The translations under genes and the position numbers were made by a program. Below, piece by piece: positions 53,588-64,000 of a DNA stretch of 64,000 nucleotides. The stretch comes from Clostridia bacterium (lineage in GTDB: Bacteria > Bacillota > Clostridia > Oscillospirales > CAG-272), in assembly GCA_017456545.1 (NCBI GenBank), contig JAFTJE010000012.1:8829-72828 (forward strand), given 5' to 3'. The notes beneath the pieces are model-generated. The model saw only the letters and a list, made by a program, of their open reading frames with translations. It ran no database searches and had not been told where the DNA came from. Every line of letters starts with the position of its first letter. Position 1 is the stretch's first letter.

Positions 53588-53821
53588 CTTATCTCTCCTT
53601 TCTTATTACTGTATCCAAAATTTGAAAACACAATTGATTTATTCTAACATATAATTTATATTTTTGCAATACAAAAACAAAAGATTTAACATAAAAAATA
53701 TTATAATGTAATTTATGATATTTAATGTGAATATTGTGTGTCGAAATTTTGATATTTTAGTTGCAAAAAGCATTTTCATGTGGTAGAATATAGTTAGTTT
53801 AATATTAAGGAGGTTATTTTC

Positions 53822-55375
53822 ATGAACAAGTTTTCTAAGCTTCTCGGTTATGATGCAATCGAGAAGAAAACAAGTGTCAAAACTGAGATCGTTGCAGGTA
53901 TAGTTACATTCCTTGCAATGGCTTATATTTTGACAGTTAACCCGAACCAGATTTCAGGCGGTGCGGGTAAGGAATATTGGTCTTCAATATTCATAGCTAC
54001 TGCCCTCGGTGCTGTTATAGGTACACTCCTGATGGCGTTCTTGGCTAAAATGCCCCTTGCACAGGCTTCCGGTATGGGTCTTAACTCCATGCTTGCAGGT
54101 CTTCTCGGAGGCTGGAGCTACGGTGAAAATTTCACACCCGGACAGGCATTTATGCTCGTTCTTATTTCAGGTCTTGTTTTCCTTGCACTGTCTTTGGTTA
54201 CCTTTAAGGGTAAGACATTCCGTGAGCTTGTATTTGACGGTATGCCCGTTGCAGTAAGAAGTGCTATTTCCGTTGGTATCGGTCTCTTCATTGCTTATAT
54301 CGGATTCCAGAATGCAGGTATTATCATTACAAACGACTATACTCAGGTTGGCTTTATCAACCTTGCTGATTGGGGCAATCAGATAGTTAATAACGGTGAT
54401 ACAAATTTCGATTATATCCAATTTGGCAAGATGTTTTCCAGTCCCATTACAACAACAGCATGCACAGCTGTAGTTGCACTTGTAGGTCTTTTCCTTATTA
54501 CTATTCTTGACAAGCTTCAGGTTAAAGGCTCCATCATCTTCGGTATCCTCGGTGCTACAATTGTTGGTATTCCCCTCGGCGTTACAAATCTTTCTATTCT
54601 CGCAGGAGACGAGACAACAGGTATTTCCTGGAAGTTCTGGGATAACTTTGCTAACTTCTTCGGTGGAGAAAACAGTGTATTCGGCTCCTTTGTAGATGTA
54701 TTCTCAGAGGGTCTTATCCCCGAAGGCATATCCGTATTTACTGTTATTATGATCGTTATTACCATGTGTATGATCGATATGTTCGACACAATGGGTACAA
54801 TCGTAGGCTGCTGTGGCGGTAACAGAATCCTCTCTGATGAGAATAATAAGCCCCACAACTACGGTAAGATTATGATATGTGATGCTGTGGCTACATGCTC
54901 CGGTGCTATGCTCGGTACATCCACAGTAACAACCTTCGTTGAGTCCGGTGCAGGCGTATCTGCAGGTGGTAGAACAGGTCTTACAGCGTTTACAACAGCA
55001 TGCCTCTTCTTCCTCTCCATGTTTATGCTTCCCGTATTTGCAGCTATCCCCGGTGCTGCTGCTGCCTCTGCACTTATTTATGTTGGCGTTCTTATGATGA
55101 AGAACAATGTAAAGGATGTAGATTTCAGTACAGCTATTAATGCTACATCAGCATTCCTTACTATCGTTGTAATGGTTCTTTCTTACTCCATTACAAAGGG
55201 TATCGGTATCGGTCTTCTTTCCTATGTGATTATGACCTCTATCTCTTATCTTGTAGAGCTCATCATCTCTGCAATCAAGAAGACAGAGAAGCCCAAGTGG
55301 GAGCTTTCTGTTGTTGCTATTGTGGTAGCAGTTCTCTTTGCAGTATACTTCTTCGTTCCTGCAACCTTGTTCTAA
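53822..55375 (+). CDS. NCS2/AzgA-family purine permease
   Basis: TFLAMAYILTVNP, GMGLN, DMFDTMGT, ESGAGVSAGGRTGL. Confidence 0.9.
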   Translation: MNKFSKLLGYDAIEKKTSVKTEIVAGIVTFLAMAYILTVNPNQISGGAGKEYWSSIFIATALGAVIGTLLMAFLAKMPLAQASGMGLNSMLAGLLGGWSYGENFTPGQAFMLVLISGLVFLALSLVTFKGKTFRELVFDGMPVAVRSAISVGIGLFIAYIGFQNAGIIITNDYTQVGFINLADWGNQIVNNGDTNFDYIQFGKMFSSPITTTACTAVVALVGLFLITILDKLQVKGSIIFGILGATIVGIPLGVTNLSILAGDETTGISWKFWDNFANFFGGENSVFGSFVDVFSEGLIPEGISVFTVIMIVITMCMIDMFDTMGTIVGCCGGNRILSDENNKPHNYGKIMICDAVATCSGAMLGTSTVTTFVESGAGVSAGGRTGLTAFTTACLFFLSMFMLPVFAAIPGAAAASALIYVGVLMMKNNVKDVDFSTAINATSAFLTIVVMVLSYSITKGIGIGLLSYVIMTSISYLVELIISAIKKTEKPKWELSVVAIVVAVLFAVYFFVPATLF

Positions 55376-55517
55376 TCTTTAACTGAACATAAATTGATCG
55401 AGAGTGTCGCATGTCGGCACTCTCTTTTATATTAATTTTATGTAAATTTTTTAATAAATTTCAAATTATATATTGACAAGATAATAAAATAAGCGTATAA
55501 TAACCGTGATTATAAAT

Positions 55518-55756
55518 GGCGTTTGATGAAGAGAGTATTACAGGTCACTTATTCAAAGAGAGCCACGGTAGGTGAAAGCGTGGTAATAAGCCCTGCAAGA
55601 AAAACACTTCGTAGCCTGCGAAAGAAAGCCTTTTTGGTTAGTAGAATCGCACGCCCATCCCGTAAGGATGTTTAAGTGGACCGTTATCGGTCAATTTGGG
55701 TGGTACCGCGGAAGATAGCCTTTCGTCCCATATCGGGGGACGAAGGGCTTTTTGTT
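55518..55756 (+). promoter_or_regulatory. T-box riboswitch, probable Asn (AAC) specifier
   Basis: AGTA, AGAGAG and GGTGAAA stem-I motifs, GAA-A-AAC-A-CTTC specifier loop, GGGTGGTACCGCG T-box, terminator 55717-55756. Confidence 0.88.
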
Positions 55757-55824
55757 TTTCACAGATACAGCCTTCCCACATTACACAGGTTAAAAATATT
55801 TACTATAAATCGGAGGATAAAACC

Positions 55825-57600
55825 ATGTTAAGAACACATAATTGTAATGAGCTCGGACTTGCTCATATCGGTCAGAGTGTAACTCTTACCGGTTGGATTG
55901 AAACCGTCCGTGACCACGGTGGAGTGCTTTTTGTAGACCTTCGTGACCACTACGGCGTAACACAGATCGTATTTTCCGACGACTCTATGATAGCGGGTAT
56001 GTCAAAGGAAACCGTTGTTAAGGTTGACGGAACAGTAACAAAGCGTGATGAGGACACAGTAAACCCCAAGATTGCAACAGGACTTATTGAGGTTCGTGCA
56101 GAGAGCATAGAGGTTCTCGGCCCCTGTCAGCTCGGTCTCCCCTTTGAAATTGACGCATCCACACAGACAAGAGAGGATGTACGCCTTAAGTACCGTTATC
56201 TCGACCTTCGTAACCGTAAGATTCACGATAATATCGTGCTCCGTTCTAAAATCTTGAGCTATCTCCGCCGTCAGATGGAGGACTTGGGCTTTATGGAGAT
56301 ACAGACTCCTATTCTTACAGCCTCCTCACCCGAGGGTGCAAGAGACTATCTCGTGCCCAGCCGTAAGCATAAGGGTAAATTCTATGCACTTCCTCAGGCT
56401 CCCCAGCAGTTCAAGCAGCTGCTTATGGCATCAGGCTTTGACCGTTATTTCCAGATTGCTCCCTGCTTCCGTGATGAGGATGCCCGTCAGGACCGTTCTC
56501 CCGGAGAGTTCTATCAGCTTGACTTTGAGATGTCCTTTGCAACGCAGGAGGATGTATTCGAGGTTGCTGAGACAGTAGTTTACAACACCTTTAAGGAGTT
56601 CTCCAAAAAGGAGGTTTCCAAGCCCCCCTTCCGTAGAATTACCTTTGCAGACGCAATGATGAAGTACGGCTCCGATAAGCCTGACCTTCGCAATCCCCTC
56701 ATTATTCAGGACCTTACAGACTTCTTCGGTAAGCACGAGTTCCTTACAATCAACGGAAGAACAGTACCCTTCAAGAACAAGCTTGTCCGTGGTATTGTAG
56801 CCAACTATCTTGTTAAGAAGGATGGTGACGGAGACGGTAAGAAGGCATTTGAAAAGGCTATTGACGCTTATTCAAGAAGCATAGGTATGAAGTTCGGTAT
56901 CGGCTACATCACACTCGAGGGTGGAGAATACAAGGGTCCTATTGCCAAGTTCCTTACAGAGGAGCAGAAGGCAGAGCTTACAGCTCTTGTAGGTATTAAG
57001 GAGGGCGAGTCCCTGTTCTTCATCAGTGACTCTGCTTCCGTTATCAATAAGCTCTCCGGTGAGATGAGAACATGGATAGGCAATGAGCTCGGTCTTATCA
57101 AGAACGACTCCTTTGAGTTCTGCTTCATTGTTGATTTCCCCATGTATGAGCTTAATCCCGAAACAAATAAGATTGACTTTACACATAACCCCTTCTCAAT
57201 GCCCCAGGGAGGTATGGATGCACTTCTTAATAAGGATCCTCTTGATATTTTTGCATACCAGTATGATATTGTATGTAACGGTGTAGAGCTTTCCTCCGGT
57301 GCTGTTCGTAACCATAATCCCGATATTATGAGAAAGGCATTTGAGATTGCAGGCTACGGTGAGGATACACTCAAGGCTAAGTTCGGTGCCCTTTACACAG
57401 CCTTTGCATACGGTGCTCCTCCTCATGCAGGTATGGCTCCCGGCGTTGACAGAATGATTATGCTTATCGCCGAGGAGGAAACAATCCGTGATGTTATCGC
57501 ATTCCCCTTGAACGGTAACGCACAGGATCTTATGATGGGTGCCCCCGGTGAGGTAACAGAGCAGCAGCTCCGTGAGGTACACATTAAGGTAAGAGACTGA
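55825..57600 (+). CDS. aspS: Aspartyl-tRNA synthetase, probably non-discriminating
   Basis: RTH, RDHGG, EGARDY, PQQFKQ, CFRDED, GAPPHAG; GGAGG RBS before ATG 55825. Confidence 0.95.
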   Translation: MLRTHNCNELGLAHIGQSVTLTGWIETVRDHGGVLFVDLRDHYGVTQIVFSDDSMIAGMSKETVVKVDGTVTKRDEDTVNPKIATGLIEVRAESIEVLGPCQLGLPFEIDASTQTREDVRLKYRYLDLRNRKIHDNIVLRSKILSYLRRQMEDLGFMEIQTPILTASSPEGARDYLVPSRKHKGKFYALPQAPQQFKQLLMASGFDRYFQIAPCFRDEDARQDRSPGEFYQLDFEMSFATQEDVFEVAETVVYNTFKEFSKKEVSKPPFRRITFADAMMKYGSDKPDLRNPLIIQDLTDFFGKHEFLTINGRTVPFKNKLVRGIVANYLVKKDGDGDGKKAFEKAIDAYSRSIGMKFGIGYITLEGGEYKGPIAKFLTEEQKAELTALVGIKEGESLFFISDSASVINKLSGEMRTWIGNELGLIKNDSFEFCFIVDFPMYELNPETNKIDFTHNPFSMPQGGMDALLNKDPLDIFAYQYDIVCNGVELSSGAVRNHNPDIMRKAFEIAGYGEDTLKAKFGALYTAFAYGAPPHAGMAPGVDRMIMLIAEEETIRDVIAFPLNGNAQDLMMGAPGEVTEQQLREVHIKVRD

Positions 57601-57647
57601 CCGATACAGATTTGACCCTTTTTACGAATTAAAGGAGTTTAATTATT

Positions 57648-57929
57648 ATGGATAAAGATACATTGAGAAGGCTGGAGCTGTTAAATCAGCTCAGCCTTAC
57701 AGAAGAGCAGAAGAGTGAAATGTATTCATTCTTCGACAGAAGAGATAAAGACCTTTCCGAGCTTTCCTCTATTGATACTGAAAATACTGAGAGAATGGTA
57801 CATGTTTTACCTATACTTACAGTAGTTCGTGAGGATAAGATAATACAGAATTTTGACCGTGAGTCACTCCAGGCAGGAGCACCCGAGACCGACGAGGGAT
57901 ACTGGTGTGTTCCCCGTGTGGTAGAGTAA
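57648..57929 (+). CDS. gatC: Amidotransferase subunit C
   Basis: VVRED, AP...YWCVPRVV; position in operon. Confidence 0.85.
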   Translation: MDKDTLRRLELLNQLSLTEEQKSEMYSFFDRRDKDLSELSSIDTENTERMVHVLPILTVVREDKIIQNFDRESLQAGAPETDEGYWCVPRVVE

Positions 57930-57941
57930 TGGGAGGTAAGT

Positions 57942-59144
57942 ATGGAATTCTATTTTGAAAAAGTAAATACATCCCTTGACAAAAAAATTGTAGCAGATGA
58001 TATGCTTCTTACAAAGGACATACCCACAACAGCAGGCTCAAGGATGCTTGACGGATATGTTAGCCTTTTTGAGGCAGAGGTGCTTACCCGTCTTACAAAT
58101 GCAGGATATGGCCTTTGTGGTAAGGCATCTGTCGGTGAGTTTGCAATTGACCTCCTCGGCGAGACCTCATATAAGGGTGCTTGCGTAGATGAAAACGGTA
58201 AAATCCTTAACCCCGTGGCTGAAATTATCAAGTCCGGAGATGCTATGGCAGGTATCTGCCTTGATGCAAACGGTTATGTAAGAAGAGCCTCTGCACAGTA
58301 CGGTCTTGTAAGCGTTAAGCCTACCTACGGCACAGTTTCCCGTTTCGGTATGATTCCTGTAGCTTGCTCAGGCGATTGTGTAAGCGTAATGGCAGAGAGC
58401 ACAACAGTATGCCGTGATATTCTCGATGCTATATCAGGCCACGACGACAAGGATGGCACAAGCCTGCCAGAAGGCAAGTGTGCACTTCTTAAAAAGTCTG
58501 CTCCTGTGGTTGAATTTAAGCGTATTGCCGTAATTACAGATATGCTTTGCTCCGACGATACCGTAAACGGTGCTGTAAACAGCCTTGCAGCTAAGCTTGA
58601 GGCTGACGGAATCGTAGTGGACCGTATTGAAAACGACCTTATAAAGAAGTCCCGTAATGCGTGGAATATCCTTATGAGTGCAGAGCTTTGCAACAATGTT
58701 TCCCGTTATGATGGCGTAAAATACGGCTACCGTTCCAATAATTTTACATCCATTGATGAGCTTTATACCAACAGCCGTACAGAGGCATTCGGCGATTTTC
58801 TTAAAGCTGCTATTCTTTTCGGCTCCGATACACTCTCTACAGAAAACTATATGAGGGTATATGATAAGGCTCTTCGAGTACGCAGACTTATCTGCGAGGA
58901 GTTCGGTAAGCTCTTTAAGGAGTATGATGCAGTTCTTATGCCTGCTTGCTCCACTATGGCTTACGGTATTGAGGATGTAAAAGCAAATAAGGATATGCCC
59001 TATACAGAAAACCTTTATACTGCTCCTGCAAGCATTACAGGTCTTCCTGCTGTTGTTTTTGAGGGAGTACAGCTTATTTGCAACTATTTTAATGAGACAT
59101 CCCTTCTTGCACTTTGCGAGAAATTGGAAAAGGAGGGTAAATAA
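57942..59144 (+). CDS. gatA: Amidotransferase subunit A homolog with degenerate catalytic triad
   Basis: TTAGS, KPTYGTVSRFG, SRYDGVKYGYR, SRTEAFG retained; amidase signature altered. Confidence 0.85.
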   Translation: MEFYFEKVNTSLDKKIVADDMLLTKDIPTTAGSRMLDGYVSLFEAEVLTRLTNAGYGLCGKASVGEFAIDLLGETSYKGACVDENGKILNPVAEIIKSGDAMAGICLDANGYVRRASAQYGLVSVKPTYGTVSRFGMIPVACSGDCVSVMAESTTVCRDILDAISGHDDKDGTSLPEGKCALLKKSAPVVEFKRIAVITDMLCSDDTVNGAVNSLAAKLEADGIVVDRIENDLIKKSRNAWNILMSAELCNNVSRYDGVKYGYRSNNFTSIDELYTNSRTEAFGDFLKAAILFGSDTLSTENYMRVYDKALRVRRLICEEFGKLFKEYDAVLMPACSTMAYGIEDVKANKDMPYTENLYTAPASITGLPAVVFEGVQLICNYFNETSLLALCEKLEKEGK

Positions 59145-60587
59145 ATGAGATACGAAACAGTCATCGGTCTTGAGGTTCACTGTGAGCTTGCAACCGACTC
59201 AAAGATTTTCTGCTCCTGCTCAGCTCATTCCTACGGTGCTGAGCCCAATACCCATGTTTGTCCCGCATGCTGTGGTATGCCCGGTATGCTTCCTATTGTT
59301 AATAAAAGAGTAGTGGACTACGGTATGAAGGCAGGTCTTATGCTTAACTGTCACATTAACCGTGTGACAACCTTTGATAAAAAGAGCTACTACTATCCCG
59401 ACCTTCCCTCAGCTTATCAGACTACACAGTGGTTTGCCCCCGTTGCCGTAAACGGTCTTGTGGAGATTGAAACCTCCCAGGGCAAAAAGGGTGTACGCAT
59501 TAAGCAGATTCATATGGAGGAGGACGCAGGTAAGCTCGTTCACGATATCCGTGAGGATACTACACATGTTGACTTTAACCGTACAAGTGTTCCCCTTATT
59601 GAAATTGTAAGCCAGCCGGACCTTTCCTCTGCTGAGGAGGTTGAGGCTTATCTTGAAAGACTTAAAGTCCTTCTTCGCTATGCAAGGGTTGCCGAGTGTG
59701 AGATGGCACACGGTACAATGCGTTGTGATGTAAACCTTTCTGTTCGTCCCGAGGGTAGCGATAAGCTCGGTGTCCGTACCGAAATGAAGAATATGAACTC
59801 TATCGAGGCTATCAAGCGTGCAATAGAGTATGAAACAGCAAGACACATTGACGCTATCGAAAACGGAACAGAGGTGCTTGTACAGGAGACACGCCGTTGG
59901 GACGATATCAAGGGCAAGAGCTATGCTATGAGATCCAAGGAAACAGCAGGTGATTACCGTTATTTCCCCGACCCCAATGTAATGCCTGTTGTAATTGATG
60001 ATGAATGGTTTGACTCCATTCAGGCTTCATTACCCGAATTTCCCGAGGTTAAGCGTGAGAAGTATATGACAGAGCTCGGTCTTAGCGACTATGACGCTGA
60101 GCAGATTGCAAAGAGCATTGCACTTTGTGAGTGCTTTGAGGATGCATACTCTGTATGCGGTAATGCAAAGGATGCTGCTAACTGGATGTTATCCGAGGTT
60201 ATGAGCAATCTTAACGCCCGTCAGATGACCTACGATATGCTTACCCTTAACGGCAAGGCACTGGGTGAGCTTATCTCCCTTGTTTCCGGAAATAAGGTGG
60301 GCCGTGCCAATGCCAAGAAGATACTCAATGCTATGTTTGATGACGCAGCCGTTGTTCCCTCCAAGTACGCAGAGGAGAACGGATTTATAATCTCCAACGA
60401 TACAGGACTTATGGATAAGGTTATAAAGACCATGGTAGAGGCTGACCCTAAGGCTGTGGCCGACTATAAGGGTGGTAAGGAAAAGGCTATTATGGCAATC
60501 TACGGTAAGTGTATGAAGGAGCTTCGTGGTAACTGTGACCCCCAGATGCTTCGCACAAAGCTTATAGAATATATAAACAGCCTTTAA
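59145..60587 (+). CDS. gatB: Amidotransferase subunit B
   Basis: IGLEVHCEL, YYPDLP, HMEEDAGK, RCDVN, DYRYFPDP. Confidence 0.96.
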   Translation: MRYETVIGLEVHCELATDSKIFCSCSAHSYGAEPNTHVCPACCGMPGMLPIVNKRVVDYGMKAGLMLNCHINRVTTFDKKSYYYPDLPSAYQTTQWFAPVAVNGLVEIETSQGKKGVRIKQIHMEEDAGKLVHDIREDTTHVDFNRTSVPLIEIVSQPDLSSAEEVEAYLERLKVLLRYARVAECEMAHGTMRCDVNLSVRPEGSDKLGVRTEMKNMNSIEAIKRAIEYETARHIDAIENGTEVLVQETRRWDDIKGKSYAMRSKETAGDYRYFPDPNVMPVVIDDEWFDSIQASLPEFPEVKREKYMTELGLSDYDAEQIAKSIALCECFEDAYSVCGNAKDAANWMLSEVMSNLNARQMTYDMLTLNGKALGELISLVSGNKVGRANAKKILNAMFDDAAVVPSKYAEENGFIISNDTGLMDKVIKTMVEADPKAVADYKGGKEKAIMAIYGKCMKELRGNCDPQMLRTKLIEYINSL

Positions 60588-60645
60588 TGAATGCAGAATG
60601 CAGAATTCAGAATGCAGAATAAGAAGAGCATAATATATTAGAATA

Positions 60646-60684
60646 AAAAAGCAACCACTTCAATTAAGATGTGGTTGCTTTTTA
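60646..60684. terminator. Bidirectional terminator
   Basis: AAAAAGCAACCAC...GTGGTTGCTTTTT between gatB and nadE. Confidence 0.8.
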
Positions 60685-60720
60685 TTTAATTTAGTAAAGC
60701 TTTTACAAATGTTGATACAT

Positions 60721-60860
60721 TAATTCTGCACTCTGCACTCTGAATTCTGCATTCTGTATTGATTAGTTGTTTGTTGTCGTACCGATATCCTGCATTTACA
60801 TTTAATCAATCAATTCTGCACTCTGCACTCTGAATTCTGCATTCACATAGATTCTGCATT
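60721..60860 (-). repeat. Heptamer composite repeat, homolog of 13557-13838
   Basis: Reverse complement reads AATGCAGAATCTATGTGAATGCAG...AATTGATTGATT...CGACAACA; a shorter tract lies at 60588-60620 on the plus strand. Confidence 0.85.
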
Positions 60861-61594
60861 CAATCAAGCTTCGGTTCAAAAACCGGCATAAGCTCCAGCT
60901 TAAAGAGATTCATTCTATGCTTTCTGTCAATAAGTGCCTTCTTTTCGGGGTCATCAATTTCCCCTGTACGGATATATCTGTCAAGCTCAGCATAGGTAAA
61001 GCCCAGGTTGTCCTCATCCGTCTTACCGCAAAGACCGTCAATAGGAGTCTTATCAACAAGCTCACGGGGGAGACCGAGTGCATGACCGATAGCCTTTACC
61101 TCCTGGACCGTAAGACGGGAGAGAGGGCTGAAGTCACCAACGGAGTCACCGTATCTTGTGGAGTAGCCTACCCAGTCCTCGGAGAGATTACAGGTATTTG
61201 CAACTCTTCCGTTACAGCTCTGGGACACTGCATAAACAGTAGTCATACGGATACGGGGCATAATATTACTTGTGGACTGGAAGGAGAGAGGAAGGTCGGA
61301 GGGCATACTGCCTATAAGACCGTCAACTGCATCCTTTATATTAACAACATAATGCTTTATGCCAAGATGGTTTACAAGAGCATAGGCACAGTCGATATCG
61401 TGCTGCTCACCGTTAGGCATAAGAACTCCGATAACTCTGTCCTTACCGAGGGCTTCAACGCAAAGAGCTGCAACAACAGAGCTGTCCTTTCCACCTGAAA
61501 TGCCGAGGACGGCATTACAGCCCTTACCGTTATTTTCAAAAAATTCTCTTATCCAATTTACACAGTCATTTTTGACCTTTTCAGCATTAAACAT
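60860..61594 (-). CDS. nadE: NH3-dependent NAD+ synthetase (single domain)
   Basis: LGISGGKDSS, RIRM, GYSTRYGD, DEDNLGFTY; no glutaminase domain. Confidence 0.92.
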   Translation of the reverse strand: MFNAEKVKNDCVNWIREFFENNGKGCNAVLGISGGKDSSVVAALCVEALGKDRVIGVLMPNGEQHDIDCAYALVNHLGIKHYVVNIKDAVDGLIGSMPSDLPLSFQSTSNIMPRIRMTTVYAVSQSCNGRVANTCNLSEDWVGYSTRYGDSVGDFSPLSRLTVQEVKAIGHALGLPRELVDKTPIDGLCGKTDEDNLGFTYAELDRYIRTGEIDDPEKKALIDRKHRMNLFKLELMPVFEPKLD

Positions 61595-61716
61595 GGTACT
61601 CACCTCATATATATTTATATTTCAATTATATACTACCTTCACTGTGTTGTCAACCCTTGATTTCGGAGTGGAAATGTTGTATACTGTATGTAATAAGGAA
61701 CACAAAGGAGGGCATA

Positions 61717-64000
61717 ATGGAGCTATTTGATTATGAAAGGGAGCATTATAAAAAGCTCAGAGCCGAGCTTGGAGAATGCTGTGTTTTACTTAAATCAAAC
61801 GGTAAATTTCCCATAGACAAGCCCTGTAGAATCGGTGCCTTCGGTAACGGAGTACGCCACACGGTAAAGGGAGGCACAGGCTCAGGAGAGGTAAACTCCA
61901 GATTTTTTGTTACCGTGGAGGAGGGACTTAAAAACGCAGGCTTTGAAATTACCTCGGATAAGTGGCTGGATTCCTATGATACGGAATACATACATGCGAG
62001 AGAACGCTTTGTAAAACGGATGAAAAGGGAGGCTAAGGAAAAGCATCAGCTTGCCCCCGTTTATGCAATGGGTAAGATTATGCCCGAGCCGGAATATAAT
62101 ATACCCACAGATGTGGAATGTGATACGGCAATATATGTCCTCTCACGAATTTCGGGCGAGGGAGCAGACAGAGAATTTATAAAGGGAGATATCCTTCCCA
62201 CCGAGACGGAAATAAGAGATATTTTAGAGCTTAACAGACGGTGTGACAGATTTATGCTTGTTCTCAATGTGGGTGGGGTAATAGACCTTTCAGAGCTGTC
62301 CTCTATTTCCAATATTCTTCTTTTGTCCCAGCTTGGCACCGGTACGGGAGATGCCCTTGCCGATTTGCTCCTGGGTAAAAGCTACCCGTCGGGTAAGCTG
62401 ACAACCACCTGGGCGTCCGAGTCCGATTACGAGCATATTGAGTTCGGCAATAAGGATGATACAAGGTACAGAGAGGGAATATATGTGGGCTACCGTTTCT
62501 TTGATATGGATGCAAGACGAGTGCTGTTCCCCTTCGGCTACGGTCTTTCGTATACTGAATTTAACATAAAAAAGCCTACCGTATGCCAAAAAAACGGTAC
62601 TTTTACAGTAAATACAAGGGTTATAAATACAGGCTTACGCCCTGGTAAGGAGGTTGTACAGTGCTACATTTCCTCACCTCGAGGCAGACTTGATAAGCCT
62701 CTTAAGGAGCTCTGGGGCTTTGCCAAAACAGGAGAGCTTTTGCCGGGTGAGAGCACTGATGTATCTATGGAGCTTCGCATAGAGGATATGGCATCGTATG
62801 ATGAAAGCACAGAGAGCTATATACTCGAGGCAGGCAATTATATAGCTTATATAGGCAATTCGTCAAGAAGCTTAAATGTGGCATTTGTGATTAGTTTAGA
62901 CGGTGAGGCTGTAGTCTGCAAGGCAAAAAATTTAAGTGGAGAATATGATTTTGACGACCCCGAGCCACCGCTACATAAAAGAAGAAAGCCCGATAATGAA
63001 ATCCCCGTATTTTCTCTCTCCTCAGAGGAGCTTACATATAACGAGGCAGACTATATAAGAGAGGAGAGGACAGAGGCGAAAATCAAGGAGCTTACAGATG
63101 TTTCTCTGGCATATCTTAATGTGGGACACTTTAATCCTCACGGGGGTATTCTCAGTGTTATAGGTAATGCCAGCTCCCAGGTTGCAGGGGGAGCAGGGGA
63201 GACCACAGATGAGCTTAAGGATATGGGAATCCCACAGATAGTAATGGCAGACGGGCCCTCCGGACTTCGTCTCAGCAGGGAGCTTTACAGGGATAAAAGG
63301 GGTAAGGTACACTCCCTGTCAGAAAGTGGAATCCCCGACAGCGTGCTTGAATATCTGCCGGGTATACTGAGAAGGCTACTGAAGCTTTTTGTCGGTAAAA
63401 GCAAGCTGCCAAAGGATTGCACTGTCGAATATCAGTACGCCACAGCATTACCCATAGGTACTGCCGTTGCCCAGAGCTGGAGCACGGATTTTGCCACAAT
63501 GTGCGGTGATATTGTGGGGGATGAAATGTCACGCTTTGGCGTACATTTATGGCTTGCCCCGGCATTGAACATACATAGGAGCATACGCTGTGGAAGAAAC
63601 TTTGAATATTATTCAGAGGACCCTGTTGTCAGTGGAAAAATAGCCTCAGCCTTAACAAGGGGAGTGCAGTCCCACAGAGGCTGTGGTGTTACAGTTAAGC
63701 ATTTCTGTGCCAACAATCAGGAAACAAACCGATACGGCAATAACTCAATAGTCAGTGAAAGGGCAATGAGAGAAATATACCTGAAGGGCTTTGCCATTTG
63801 TATAAAAGAAGCCGACCCTGTGGCTGTAATGACATCATACAATCTTGTAAACGGCACCCATACAGCAGAGCATAAGGGACTTATCCACGACTATTTAAGG
63901 TGTGAGCTCGGATATGACGGGCTTGTAATGACGGACTGGATAGTTTACGGTGGTATTATGGCTGATAAAAAAGATAAGCATCCTCGCACCACGGCGTGGA
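61717..64000 (+). CDS. GH3 beta-glucosidase with inverted domain order, 3'-partial (absent from ORF track)
   Basis: CVLLKS, KGGTGSG, EGADR, PSGKL, EGIYVGYR, FPFGYGLSY come first, then DGPSG, GRNFEYYSEDP, KHF, VMTDW; AGGAGG RBS. Confidence 0.88.
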   Translation, partial: MELFDYEREHYKKLRAELGECCVLLKSNGKFPIDKPCRIGAFGNGVRHTVKGGTGSGEVNSRFFVTVEEGLKNAGFEITSDKWLDSYDTEYIHARERFVKRMKREAKEKHQLAPVYAMGKIMPEPEYNIPTDVECDTAIYVLSRISGEGADREFIKGDILPTETEIRDILELNRRCDRFMLVLNVGGVIDLSELSSISNILLLSQLGTGTGDALADLLLGKSYPSGKLTTTWASESDYEHIEFGNKDDTRYREGIYVGYRFFDMDARRVLFPFGYGLSYTEFNIKKPTVCQKNGTFTVNTRVINTGLRPGKEVVQCYISSPRGRLDKPLKELWGFAKTGELLPGESTDVSMELRIEDMASYDESTESYILEAGNYIAYIGNSSRSLNVAFVISLDGEAVVCKAKNLSGEYDFDDPEPPLHKRRKPDNEIPVFSLSSEELTYNEADYIREERTEAKIKELTDVSLAYLNVGHFNPHGGILSVIGNASSQVAGGAGETTDELKDMGIPQIVMADGPSGLRLSRELYRDKRGKVHSLSESGIPDSVLEYLPGILRRLLKLFVGKSKLPKDCTVEYQYATALPIGTAVAQSWSTDFATMCGDIVGDEMSRFGVHLWLAPALNIHRSIRCGRNFEYYSEDPVVSGKIASALTRGVQSHRGCGVTVKHFCANNQETNRYGNNSIVSERAMREIYLKGFAICIKEADPVAVMTSYNLVNGTHTAEHKGLIHDYLRCELGYDGLVMTDWIVYGGIMADKKDKHPRTTAW

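Noticed and set aside
53590-53821. Purine riboswitch ahead of the NCS2 permease
   Set aside because: The leader after the likely promoter is short and AT-rich, with no aptamer core
55696-55824. Long aspS N-terminus in the ORF track
   Set aside because: Overlaps the T-box antiterminator/terminator; the RBS supports ATG 55825

Overview
Replication-origin region of a low-GC Firmicute (Clostridia-like). The core carries dnaA-oriC-dnaN-recF-remB-gyrB-gyrA and recA-recX-rimO-pgsA on the minus strand, noc-parA-parB with four parS sites, rny-ymdB-galK, trkAH, azlCD, perR-rubrerythrin, a T-box-led aspS-gatCAB operon, nadE and a GH3 gene running off the right end. An accessory tract (~40.4-52.1 kb) ends at tRNA-Pro(GGG). 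It holds a small putative BECR-fold nuclease gene followed by an independently promoted, cloverleaf-like small RNA (candidate RNA-antitoxin/defence module), a frameshifted IS200 with a MITE-like derivative at 31.6 kb, two regulator genes in near-equal-length cassettes bounded by AAAAGATATCA/TGATATCTTTT inverted repeats, and an HhaI-like GCGC R-M system with two distinct methyltransferases. Other notable points: GatA has lost its glutaminase catalytic residues, and DnaA has an altered box-reading motif alongside TTTTCCACA-type boxes. Family assignments come from recalled motifs, not database searches.
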